Positions 16,585 through 24,834 of a stretch of DNA of 64,000 bases are shown piece after piece; the stretch's first letter is position 1; every line of letters begins with the position of its first letter. The stretch comes from a virus (Duplodnaviria; Caudoviricetes), in IMG/VR virus record IMGVR_UViG_2799113183_000001, positions 3,426-67,425 of that record; one strand, written 5' to 3'. The notes below the pieces were generated by a model. That model had not been told where the DNA came from and ran no database searches. It saw nothing but the letters and a program-made list of their open reading frames with translations. The translations under genes were made by a program, and so were the position numbers.

Positions 16585-17887
16585 GCCACCAGTAAATGCA
16601 AACTATGCCGCGACCATTGTCCAGATTCCCGAACCGCTTTCCGTGGTCGGGCTGGACAACCTGGTAGCGGTACCACTGTTCGGATACCAGGCACTCACGC
16701 AGAAGACCGGGGCGACAGCCGGTGACCTCAAGGTGTTGTTCACTGCTGAAACGCAGCTCGACGCCGAGTATGCCCGCGAAAACAACCTGTTCCGTGAGGC
16801 AACTCTGAACCGGGATGCCAACGAGACTGGGTATCTCGAAACGAATGCTCGCGTCCGCGCGATCCGGCTACGCAAGAACACGTCGAACGCACTCCTGATG
16901 CCTCTTGAGTCGTTGGCGTACACCGGCATTGACGTTCGCACGCTCAAGGTAGGCGATACGTTCGATAAGCTGAACGGTCGCACGATCTGCCGCAAGTACG
17001 AGGTGCCAACCAAGCCGGGTGCAGGCCCGCGCACAACGCCGAAGATCCGGCAGCGCGTCGATCAGAAGCTGTTCCCGATGCATCTGGACACTGAGCACCT
17101 GTTCCGGAACCTACAGGCATTCCGTGAGCCGAAGCACGTCATCGTGACGCAGAAGTTGCACGGCACGAGTTGGCGCGGTGGCCGCGTCCCGGCGCTGCGC
17201 GAGAAGAGCTGGCTTGAACGGGTCGTGGTCAACAAGTGGCTGCGCATCCCGACGCCAGAGACCAAGTACGAGGACGTGTTTGGTTCACGGCGTGTGATCA
17301 AGGGACGCTCGGACAACAACCACTACTACGACAGCGACGTGTGGACGGAGTTCGGCAAGACGATTGAAGGCCGGATTCCGGAGAACTTCATGGTTTACGG
17401 CGAGCTGGTCGGTTGGACGGACACGCAGTCACCAATCCAGAAGGGCTACACGTACAACGTGAAGCCGGGAGACGTGGAACTGTACGTCTACCGGGTGGCA
17501 ACGGTGAACGGCCAGGGCGTCATCGCTGATCTGTCATGGCAGGGCGTCAAGGACTTCGCAGCCGCGATCGGCGTCAAGGTGGCCCCCACCCTGTGGGAGG
17601 GGCAGATCATTTCGCGCGACAAGGTGGACGACGAAGACCTGATCGAGATGTACACGGACATGTACCTGGATCAGAACTTCGCAGCGCTCCACACGTCTGC
17701 CGAATTCGGTTTGGCGTACCCGGATGCTCCTGTGCCGCTATCGAATCCAACGTCGGTGGATGAGGGCGTGTGTGTCCGTGTTGAGGGTCAGGTGCCGCGC
17801 ATCTACAAGGCGAAGTCTCCGCTGTTCTTGGAGCACGAGACTAAGGCGCTCGACAAGGGCGAGTTGGATATGGAGGCTGCGGCGTAG
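16571..17887 (+). CDS. ATP-dependent RNA ligase (Rnl2/DRB0094-like)
   Basis: Nucleotidyltransferase motifs TQKLHGTS, YGELVG, EGVCVR, KAKS. Confidence 0.85.
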   Translation: MASIEPPVNANYAATIVQIPEPLSVVGLDNLVAVPLFGYQALTQKTGATAGDLKVLFTAETQLDAEYARENNLFREATLNRDANETGYLETNARVRAIRLRKNTSNALLMPLESLAYTGIDVRTLKVGDTFDKLNGRTICRKYEVPTKPGAGPRTTPKIRQRVDQKLFPMHLDTEHLFRNLQAFREPKHVIVTQKLHGTSWRGGRVPALREKSWLERVVVNKWLRIPTPETKYEDVFGSRRVIKGRSDNNHYYDSDVWTEFGKTIEGRIPENFMVYGELVGWTDTQSPIQKGYTYNVKPGDVELYVYRVATVNGQGVIADLSWQGVKDFAAAIGVKVAPTLWEGQIISRDKVDDEDLIEMYTDMYLDQNFAALHTSAEFGLAYPDAPVPLSNPTSVDEGVCVRVEGQVPRIYKAKSPLFLEHETKALDKGELDMEAAA

Positions 17888-18036
17888 TGGGCTATCTGGC
17901 TTACGTGGCTGAGGTTTTGGGGTGGTATCGGGAGCTGTACCGGCGACGTGAGGTTGTCGGTCGGCCCCTGACCGCCGCAGAACTGTTGCAAGCGAAAGAC
18001 GTTGCGGCTGACGCGCGTCTAACTAAGGGGGAATGA

Positions 18037-18444
18037 ATGACGTATCGAGGCTACAACTATTCCGGTGGCCGCGTACTCGACGCGGTTGGCGCGTTGAAGA
18101 TGGCGACCGGCCCGGTTGCGAAGCTCGCGCCGGGTGCACTTTCTAAGGCGGTCGTGAAGCTGTCTGAGATCGAACGTAAGGCTGCGGAGAAGGCTGCGAG
18201 TGTGAGCCGTGGGCAGACGACGGCGGGGCTTGTGGCGGCGATTGTGGACGCTATCAACGCGGTTCGTCGGGGCAACCCGGTGGGCACGTTGCGCCAGTCG
18301 GGCACCAAGTTCGCGTTCGCGTACGCGCCGGGCAAGTGGCTGCTGATTGACACCGATGGCGCGGCACCGGCATACCGTTCCGTGACGGACGAGACGATGC
18401 CTGAGATTGGTTCGTGGACGCAGCGCTATGGGGGTGAGTCCTGA
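18037..18444 (+). CDS. hypothetical protein
   Basis: RBS AAGGGGG; 135-aa ORF. Confidence 0.65.
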   Translation: MTYRGYNYSGGRVLDAVGALKMATGPVAKLAPGALSKAVVKLSEIERKAAEKAASVSRGQTTAGLVAAIVDAINAVRRGNPVGTLRQSGTKFAFAYAPGKWLLIDTDGAAPAYRSVTDETMPEIGSWTQRYGGES

Positions 18445-18520
18445 TGGCGTGTGTGTTCGTGCTGATTCTGATTCTGGGCGCGTTGGCGTTCGTGTTGCTG
18501 ACTGCGGGCTAAGGGGAGTC

Positions 18521-18829
18521 ATGGCTGAGATTGATGACCTGAAAGCGATCCTGTCCGAGGACCATTGGGCGCTGTCGAGCACCGGGGACCAGTTTGACGG
18601 GTTCGAGGTGGTGCATGTCAGGCAGGGGGAGGACCGTCGTTGGTCGCGAACCAATCTGGTTGTCGCGCGCGGCCCCTCGGGGAAGCACTACGGATACGAC
18701 TACGAGCAGGGTTTGACCGAGTACCAGGACGTTGATGCGTTCGACGATGGCGAACCTATGCCGTATGAGGTGATGCCCGTTGAGAAGACGGTCACGATCA
18801 CCAACTACGTCAAGGTCGATGGCGGGTAA
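18521..18829 (+). CDS. hypothetical protein
   Basis: RBS AAGGGGAG before ATG 18521. Confidence 0.65.
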   Translation: MAEIDDLKAILSEDHWALSSTGDQFDGFEVVHVRQGEDRRWSRTNLVVARGPSGKHYGYDYEQGLTEYQDVDAFDDGEPMPYEVMPVEKTVTITNYVKVDGG

Positions 18830-19166
18830 GTGGCCATGGCCGAACGACTCCAAGGATGACCGATACCGACGCATAATCGACCACTACCGAAACGCTCTAG
18901 CAGACGCAGACCTAGACCAGTGCTTGTCACTCGACAAATTGATGGCCGACTACGGGCAACCGTGGATTTCGGACAACTCGATTGTCGATGTCAATGCCAT
19001 GATGTCTGCCGGTGATATTGCGGAGCGTTTCGGTATTTCGGTGTGGAATGTGCGCGATTGGTCGCGTCGTCATCCGGAGATGATTCGACGGCATAAGGCT
19101 GCGAATGGCCGGACGTTGTTCCGGTTGGGCGATGTGCTTACCTTCAATGCAAGTAGGAATGGATAG
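18819..19166 (+). CDS. HTH DNA-binding protein
   Basis: C-terminal MSAGDIAERFGISVWNVRDW...LFRLGDV (MerR/excisionase-like HTH). Confidence 0.7.
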   Translation: MAGKWPWPNDSKDDRYRRIIDHYRNALADADLDQCLSLDKLMADYGQPWISDNSIVDVNAMMSAGDIAERFGISVWNVRDWSRRHPEMIRRHKAANGRTLFRLGDVLTFNASRNG

Positions 19167-19369
19167 TGGTGGGCGAAAAATTTCGGGTAGGCCAGGACAA
19201 TAGTGACGTGCACCGCAACAATACTGCATTGGTGAATCAGCAGTTGAGTGCGGAGGCCCAGAAGGTGGTTCTTCTGATGGAGATCGCGCGTTCGCTTGAT
19301 CTGATTGTGGAGCATCTTAAAGGGAACTTGTAAGCGCGCTAACATAAAAGAGGGGAAAATTCTATCCAA

Positions 19370-19783
19370 ATGTGGGCAGACATTCCTATTGCCGAATTGA
19401 CCGGGTATCAATGCCACGATCAGGGCAAGGTGCGGGGTCCACGTAGGGAACTTTCCGAGTGGACGGACGAGCGGGGCTGTAAGCGTGTGAAAGCCGCTGG
19501 ACGCCCGTACGCGGTGCATCTGTTGGTGTTGGCGACGTTCGTCGGCCCACGGCCCGATGGGGCGGTGCCTCGGTGGCTGAATGGTGATCCTGCGGATAAC
19601 CGGCTGGTGAATCTCAAATGGTGGACCGGCGATGAGCAGGAAGTGTTGACGCGGGTTAACCGCTGCCGGAACGGGCATCTCTATACGCCGGAGAACACGG
19701 AGACGTGGGGGACGGGTAACCGGGTGTGCGTGTCGTGCCGGACGGGTATCGCTGCGGTGACTGAGTTGCCGGAGGTGTTGTGA
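19370..19783 (+). CDS. NUMOD4-like/HNH endonuclease (possibly degenerate)
   Basis: VHLLVLATFVGPRP...NGDPADNRLVNLKW; His of the HNH motif appears replaced (PRWLNG); C-terminal CRNGH...CVSC. Confidence 0.75.
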   Translation: MWADIPIAELTGYQCHDQGKVRGPRRELSEWTDERGCKRVKAAGRPYAVHLLVLATFVGPRPDGAVPRWLNGDPADNRLVNLKWWTGDEQEVLTRVNRCRNGHLYTPENTETWGTGNRVCVSCRTGIAAVTELPEVL

Positions 19784-19821
19784 GGTTTGGCGCGCCCGCG
19801 TGAGCGGATCTGGCTGCGCCT

Positions 19822-19868
19822 CGCTGGCGTCCCGATGTTCCCGCGCGCGCCGGGACGCCAGCGGTTAA
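19822..19868 (+). terminator. strong hairpin, possible terminator
   Basis: Perfect 13-bp stem CGCTGGCGTCCCG/CGGGACGCCAGCG, weak U tract. Confidence 0.4.
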
Positions 19869-19881
19869 CTTCGGGGGGATT

Positions 19882-20136
19882 GTGAAGCCAGCAGACAGTG
19901 CATGGCTGGCGCTGCTCGGGGCGATTGTCGCCTATGAGGTGGCCGCGCCGGATAACGAACTTCTTAGTGAGGGCTGGGACCGCTATCTATTGCGGAGTCC
20001 GGTCACTGCTCGTGTGGTGCCCATTGTGTTGGCGCTGCACCTAATTAACGCCTTGCCGCGTTCCATCGACCCGGTTTCCCGGTTGTGCGATGTGTTGCGC
20101 TGGGTCGGGGGAATTTTGCATGTCAGACGCGATTAA
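19882..20136 (+). CDS. hypothetical membrane-associated protein
   Basis: RBS GGGGGG + GTG; hydrophobic segments. Confidence 0.6.
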   Translation: MKPADSAWLALLGAIVAYEVAAPDNELLSEGWDRYLLRSPVTARVVPIVLALHLINALPRSIDPVSRLCDVLRWVGGILHVRRD

Positions 20137-20443
20137 TCCGTCGCACTACAAGGATGGCTTCTCGAACGGTGCCGAGGTTATCGACATCACAGAGAATCTG
20201 AATTTCAATCGCGGGAACGCGGTGAAGTACATTGCGCGCGCCGGTAAGAAGGACCCTAAGGCTGAGATTCAGGACCTTCGCAAGGCGAAGTGGTACGTGG
20301 ATCGCGAGATTGCTCTAGTTGAACGCAAGCAGGGGATAGTGACCCACGAACTCAACGTGCACTTCTTCAATAATGCCCAGAAGTCGGAAGCGGTGGTCCT
20401 TGCCCCGCATGACTCCCAGAAGGTGGCCGCTTATGGCCGCTAA
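20120..20443 (+). CDS. DUF3310 (SaV-like) protein
   Basis: INPSHY...EVIDI...FNRGNAVKYIARAGKK...DLRKAKWY. Confidence 0.85.
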   Translation: MSDAINPSHYKDGFSNGAEVIDITENLNFNRGNAVKYIARAGKKDPKAEIQDLRKAKWYVDREIALVERKQGIVTHELNVHFFNNAQKSEAVVLAPHDSQKVAAYGR

Positions 20444-21212
20444 GATTCTGGTACTCGATATTGAGACGCAGCGCGCCATTGTCGAGACTTTCAGCTTGTT
20501 TCGCCCGTTCATCCACATTGACAGGGTGCTGACACCTACCCGCGTGCTCTGCTTCGCGGCGAAGTGGCGCGGCGACGACAAGGTGATCTTCAAAGCCGCT
20601 TGGCGGGACAACGACCCGGACGCGTACTTGCGCATGATGCGCGCGGCCTGGGACCTGTTGAACAAGGCTGACATTGTTGTGACGTGGAACGGTGACCGTT
20701 TCGACGTGCAGTGGTTCGAGGCCGAGTTTGTGCGTCTCGGCTTGGGCCGTCCGACGCCGTACAAGTCTGTGGACTTGATCAAGACGGTCAAGCGGTGGTT
20801 CAAGGGCGGCTTGATGTCCATGAAGCTCGATTGGTCGTCGCGGATGATTCTCAAGGATCGCAAAGTGCCGCACGGCGGAACCGATCTATGGCATGACATT
20901 CGGCACGGTACGCGACCAGAGCAGCGCGCGGCTGAGAAGCTGATGGCGGAATACAACATCCACGATGTGGAGTTGACGGAGCATCTGTTTGATGTCCAGT
21001 TGCCGTACTTGAACGTGAATCTCGCGCTGTACGAGCGCAACGAGGACGGGCTGATGCACTGCACGAAGTGCAACGGTACGGACTTGAAGCGTGACGGTGT
21101 GAAGTTCCGTGCGACGAACGCTGGGTTGTTTCAGATGTGGCGTTGCAAGGATTGTAATTCTACTTCAACTGGTGCTAAGCGGGTTTCGACTACTGAGCTG
21201 AGGCCGGTGTGA
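20433..21212 (+). CDS. DEDD/RNase H-like 3'-5' exonuclease with C-terminal Zn ribbon
   Basis: LDIET, NGDRFD, YNIHDV; CTKC...CKDC. Confidence 0.85.
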   Translation: MAAKILVLDIETQRAIVETFSLFRPFIHIDRVLTPTRVLCFAAKWRGDDKVIFKAAWRDNDPDAYLRMMRAAWDLLNKADIVVTWNGDRFDVQWFEAEFVRLGLGRPTPYKSVDLIKTVKRWFKGGLMSMKLDWSSRMILKDRKVPHGGTDLWHDIRHGTRPEQRAAEKLMAEYNIHDVELTEHLFDVQLPYLNVNLALYERNEDGLMHCTKCNGTDLKRDGVKFRATNAGLFQMWRCKDCNSTSTGAKRVSTTELRPV

Positions 21213-21213
21213 G

Positions 21214-21426
21214 ATGGCGGGTCCACCTATTGCGGGTCCAGTGCCCGAGAAGCTAGTCGAGTTGACAACCGGCGTAACGGAATACCTGTTGAACGTCGGG
21301 GTTGACCCGCTTAGGGCGGGGCTGGACGGGTACAACATTGTGCGCGGTGTCTTGGAGGGCATCGGCGATATGCCGGTGGCTGATCTACTCAAATGGGGAA
21401 TCGATGACTACGAATCGTCCGGGTAG
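21214..21426 (+). CDS. hypothetical protein
   Basis: Operon context. Confidence 0.55.
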   Translation: MAGPPIAGPVPEKLVELTTGVTEYLLNVGVDPLRAGLDGYNIVRGVLEGIGDMPVADLLKWGIDDYESSG

Positions 21427-21559
21427 CGTGTGGGTTTACCCGCGTGTGAGCTATCTGCCTTTTGATCCTATGACGGCGTTGATGCTGCGGGTGATGGGTG
21501 ACTATTCAAGGGCACGTGCCGATTTGGATGCTTTGATGGTGAAGCACCGTGGACATTGA
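21404..21559 (+). CDS. small hypothetical protein
   Basis: RBS GGGGA; operon context. Confidence 0.45.
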   Translation: MTTNRPGSVWVYPRVSYLPFDPMTALMLRVMGDYSRARADLDALMVKHRGH

Positions 21560-21791
21560 GCGGGCGAAGCGGTGGCGAGTTGGCTTGATGGTTGGCGGGC
21601 CGGTCTTGGTGTGCGGGCATAAGCCGATCACTCGCGAGCAGGCCGTCGCCTACCTCGCGTGGACGCAACCGGGAACCGCTGTTGTGAGCTGCCTTCCCGA
21701 AGCTGAGCCAGCGAAGTCGGTCTGGTCTGGCCGGAATGCCTACCGGGACAATAACCCTGATTGGTGGAGGCGGCTTTATGGCGGGGGCTAG
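21549..21791 (+). CDS. hypothetical protein
   Basis: Operon context. Confidence 0.5.
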   Translation: MDIERAKRWRVGLMVGGPVLVCGHKPITREQAVAYLAWTQPGTAVVSCLPEAEPAKSVWSGRNAYRDNNPDWWRRLYGGG

Positions 21792-21930
21792 GCCGAAGGC
21801 TATTCCGGAGCGTCAGATTCTTGTGGCACTGCCGGAGGACAAGATGATGCGGCTTGTGAAGCGCGCGAGTGAGTCTGACATGTCGGCGCATGACTATGCA
21901 GCGTGCAAGCTGCTGGAGGCAATCAAATGA
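21778..21930 (+). CDS. small ribbon-helix-helix-like protein
   Basis: QILVALPEDKMMRLVKRASESDMSAHDY resembles RHH spacing; RBS GGAGG. Confidence 0.45.
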   Translation: MAGARPKAIPERQILVALPEDKMMRLVKRASESDMSAHDYAACKLLEAIK

Positions 21931-22028
21931 TTGGGTTCGTTACGGGTTTCGTTCTGGGCGGATTGCTCGGTCTGGCCGTTGTTGTTGGCGCTGTGTACAT
22001 TTGGTCAAAGATTGTGAACTTCTTCTGA
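21927..22028 (+). CDS. small membrane protein
   Basis: 33 aa, one TM segment, coupled on both sides. Confidence 0.5.
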   Translation: MIGFVTGFVLGGLLGLAVVVGAVYIWSKIVNFF

Positions 22029-22210
22029 TGGGCGCGGATACGCGAGTCCTGGATATTCTTGAATCGCTCATTGATGACGACCCATGTAGTTGGGACCACA
22101 ACCACAGTTGCCAGACCCACGGATACTTCTACGTGGACCAAGGCGAGCTTTGTCCGCAGGAAGACGCGAAACGCTATGTGCGCGCAGCTAGACGTGAGCT
22201 GAATGCGTGA
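22028..22210 (+). CDS. hypothetical protein
   Basis: TGATG coupling; Cys/His cluster. Confidence 0.55.
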   Translation: MGADTRVLDILESLIDDDPCSWDHNHSCQTHGYFYVDQGELCPQEDAKRYVRAARRELNA

Positions 22211-22395
22211 TGGCTAGCGACAGTATGTGCGCCAGGCTTGAGCTACGCCGATCAAATGCGGCGGTTCCACACCGCAATAGGCATCGTGAACGTAAGTCCG
22301 GCAAGGGGTTGCATCGCGACGCCGTAGCGGAATGGGGGGACGATGCCGGGGAATCTCCGGAAGAACGCTGGGAAGCGTGGGAGTGGCCGCACTGA
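22207..22395 (+). CDS. small actinophage hypothetical protein
   Basis: LELRRSNAAVPHRN motif recognised from mycobacteriophage proteins. Confidence 0.55.
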   Translation: MMASDSMCARLELRRSNAAVPHRNRHRERKSGKGLHRDAVAEWGDDAGESPEERWEAWEWPH

Positions 22396-22762
22396 GGCTG
22401 ACTACCTGAAAGCCCGGAAACGGGCTCTACGGGCGTCTCAGGTATGCGCGGGATGCCACCAGGCGATCGACCTGACGCTGAAACCAATCTGCCAGTTCGT
22501 CAAGACGGACGGGTACACGGTGGAGACAGCTCATCTGATTCCCCGTACGTGTGGGGATGAGTGCAAAGGTCATGCGCGGAAGGCGAATCCGTGGTCTGCG
22601 TCTGCGAACCACAAGATTCCCGTGTCGAAGCTACAGCCGGACTCAAAGTTGTTGACAGATCACCGGAACCTTGAGCCGATGCATTTGAAGTGCAATCAGA
22701 CGCTCGGTGATCGTGTGGTTGTTAAGGCGAGACACAAGGTGTCTCGGGATTGGTTTGCATAG
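22343..22762 (+). CDS. HNH endonuclease
   Basis: CAGCH...HKIPVS...NLEPMHLKCNQ. Confidence 0.8.
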   Translation: MPGNLRKNAGKRGSGRTEADYLKARKRALRASQVCAGCHQAIDLTLKPICQFVKTDGYTVETAHLIPRTCGDECKGHARKANPWSASANHKIPVSKLQPDSKLLTDHRNLEPMHLKCNQTLGDRVVVKARHKVSRDWFA

Positions 22763-22995
22763 TGTCTGAATTTGACGACGAATCGAACATCATGGTTTCC
22801 GAGCTTCGGATTATCAAGTACATCGACGGCGACGGCGATTTGCATGTGGTCGATTTGTCGCAGGCTGCCGGTGGTGACGAGCTGGAGGAACCGGAGTATC
22901 TGAGTCTTATCGAGTGGGCTCGCGCATACATCCTTGCGGATAACGTGATGTCGATTATCGCTTCCCGCACTGAGGGTTACGGGGATGATGAGTGA
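22750..22995 (+). CDS. hypothetical protein
   Basis: Acidic 81-aa ORF in operon. Confidence 0.55.
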   Translation: MVCIVSEFDDESNIMVSELRIIKYIDGDGDLHVVDLSQAAGGDELEEPEYLSLIEWARAYILADNVMSIIASRTEGYGDDE

Positions 22996-23058
22996 ACCGT
23001 AGCGAGTATACCTCTGATGTCGAGTGCCGCTGCGATGTGTGTGACGACATGATTCGAC

Positions 23059-23250
23059 TTGGTGATGTTGTGTTGGAGCGTGCGGGGGAGTTGTTTCATG
23101 CCGAATGCGGCTGAGTGGTGCTATGCGCCGAGTTGCGAGTGTGATCGGTGCGAGGACTACAAGCTGGCCAACGGGATGACGATGAGGTACCCGCTGGCTA
23201 GCACGCGGCCCGCTGCCGACGAGCGACCACATCGGGGGTTCCTGAGATGA
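23059..23250 (+). CDS. Cys-rich hypothetical protein
   Basis: ATGA coupling to next gene; true start may lie upstream. Confidence 0.4.
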   Translation: MVMLCWSVRGSCFMPNAAEWCYAPSCECDRCEDYKLANGMTMRYPLASTRPAADERPHRGFLR

Positions 23251-23432
23251 CATTGCCGACTCTCGAACAGATTGACGACGTAATGCAGGTGACTGGCTAC
23301 GCCTACCAGGCCGGCGGATACCCGGACGAAATGTCTGACTTCGCGCGGAACTACACAGATGGTGACGGCGGATTGTTGAATGCGTTGCGGGACTTGCGGT
23401 ATGCGCGCGCATTGCTTTCTGGAGCTGACTAG
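23247..23432 (+). CDS. hypothetical protein
   Basis: ATGA coupling. Confidence 0.55.
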   Translation: MTLPTLEQIDDVMQVTGYAYQAGGYPDEMSDFARNYTDGDGGLLNALRDLRYARALLSGAD

Positions 23433-23438
23433 CTCCTT

Positions 23439-23512
23439 GGTCCGGTAGGCAAAATGGCAAAGCCGCCACACTCAAAATGTGGTGCGTGTGCGTTCGACTC
23501 GCACCCGGACTA
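23439..23512 (+). tRNA. tRNA-Leu(CAA), short variable loop
   Basis: Cloverleaf; anticodon arm CCACA-CTCAAAA-TGTGG; T loop TTCGACT. Confidence 0.9.
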
Positions 23513-23517
23513 CTTTC

Positions 23518-23591
23518 GCTGCCTTAGCTCCAATTGGTAGAGCGCCGCTTTCGTAATGCGGATGTTGGCGGTTCGAGTCCGCCAGGCAGCT
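23518..23591 (+). tRNA. tRNA-Thr(CGT)
   Basis: GCTGCCT/AGGCAGC acceptor; loop TTCGTAA. Confidence 0.9.
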
Positions 23592-23637
23592 CGGGAAGGG
23601 TTTGACAGTAGACATGCGTCAATTGGAACTGTTTCAT

Positions 23638-23711
23638 TGCGCGGTGGTAGCAGTTGGTAGCTTCGCGGCCTCATAAGCCGAGGGTCGCCGGTTCGAGTCC
23701 GGCCCGCGCAA
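23638..23711 (+). tRNA. tRNA-Met/Ile2 (CAT)
   Basis: TGCGCGG/CCGCGCA acceptor; loop CTCATAA; fMet-like D/T arms but paired 1:72 and no GGG/CCC. Confidence 0.85.
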
Positions 23712-23833
23712 CGTATTCCCCCCAACATTGGTCACCCGTTGAAGCGGTTTCGCCGTTGGGGGGTTTGAACGGTAGTCCCCACGTGTCGCCTCTCCCGTCT
23801 TTGAGCGGTGAAGCGTGTGGGGTAGGTAGTAAT

Positions 23834-23907
23834 CGCATTGTGGCGCAGTTGGTTAGCGCGCCGACCTGATAAGTCGGAGGCCGCAGGTTCAATCCCTGCC
23901 GATGCGA
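23834..23907 (+). tRNA. tRNA-Ile(GAT)
   Basis: CCGAC-CTGATAA-GTCGG; T loop TTCAATC. Confidence 0.9.
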
Positions 23908-24035
23908 CGTTTAGCGCTAAGGTTCGCACGTCGGGAGACAATCATGATTAGGGTGACCACCAGACCGATCAACAGGGCAACACCACCAAACGGTATCGCC
24001 ACAAAGATAACGGTCTGTACGTCTTGAGCTGACAT
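23889..24035 (-). CDS. small single-TM membrane protein (48 aa)
   Basis: TAATG-coupled to the upstream gene; MSAQDVQTVIFVAIPFGGVALLIGLVVTLIMIVSRR. Confidence 0.6.
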   Translation of the reverse strand: MSAQDVQTVIFVAIPFGGVALLIGLVVTLIMIVSRRANLSAKRRIGRD

Positions 24036-24814
24036 TACTGTTGAGTCTCAGTGCAAACCGTGAACCGACGTACGGGATGGTCGAATCCGCCAGCGGGGCA
24101 ATCGGAAATGCTGGTGCTGTTCTGGGCGAGTCGCACGGGCTTTTCTCGCGCAGGTTTGGTGCTGTCATCGCATTTAACTCGCTTGATGTCGAAGCCGTTC
24201 ATGCTCAGACAGCTGCCCTGGACCCAGTAGTAGTCCATGCATACTGTCCACTCGCCGCGACCGGCAGTATTGGTATAGTACTTCTGGTCTACGTCACCAA
24301 CACATTCGGTTGGTTTTTGGACCTGCTGTACAACTATAAAGTTGTTCTCTGGTGAACCGCATCCCGCTTTGTCGATTTGTGCGCTGGTGCGGGACCCGTG
24401 AAGATTTACGCACGTTCCGGCAGGGAAGTCGGGATTGATCGTTTTCGTATCAGACGGGAATTGTCCAGGGATAGATGAGAAGGATGTTTTCGCTGTCTCC
24501 TGCGAATCAACGTGGCTAGTCTGCCCACCAGCGAAGATATTCCTTATCAAGAAGTATCCTGCGCCCCATGCAACCGCCAGGCATACTATTAGCGTAACTA
24601 CTATCATCCCCATCCGGGAGTAGGCTTGCTTTTTACTTTCGGCGGTGACAATGGCATCTGCTATCGCCCATAAGAGGAATGCGGCTATCAGGTACTGCAA
24701 GACGTGGGATACCGGCAGGTCGGTAAAAAACTTCATCGCCAGTAGAACTAAGCCGCAACTAAATAGGACTATCTTGACGATACGTAGAATCTTTTTAATA
24801 GAGTCTTTATTCAT
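24035..24814 (-). CDS. multi-TM membrane protein with LppU-like Cys-rich extracellular domain
   Basis: Three N-terminal TM segments; C-terminal CVNL...AGCGS...ECV...TVCMDYYWVQGSCL...RVKC pattern; RBS GGAGA before MNKDS. Confidence 0.7.
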   Translation of the reverse strand: MNKDSIKKILRIVKIVLFSCGLVLLAMKFFTDLPVSHVLQYLIAAFLLWAIADAIVTAESKKQAYSRMGMIVVTLIVCLAVAWGAGYFLIRNIFAGGQTSHVDSQETAKTSFSSIPGQFPSDTKTINPDFPAGTCVNLHGSRTSAQIDKAGCGSPENNFIVVQQVQKPTECVGDVDQKYYTNTAGRGEWTVCMDYYWVQGSCLSMNGFDIKRVKCDDSTKPAREKPVRLAQNSTSISDCPAGGFDHPVRRFTVCTETQQ

Positions 24815-24834
24815 AATGTAAGAGTCTCCACCGG

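Noticed and set aside
23602-23635. TTGACA -35 hexamer before tRNA-Met
   Set aside because: No convincing TAnnnT -10 at 16-19 bp spacing
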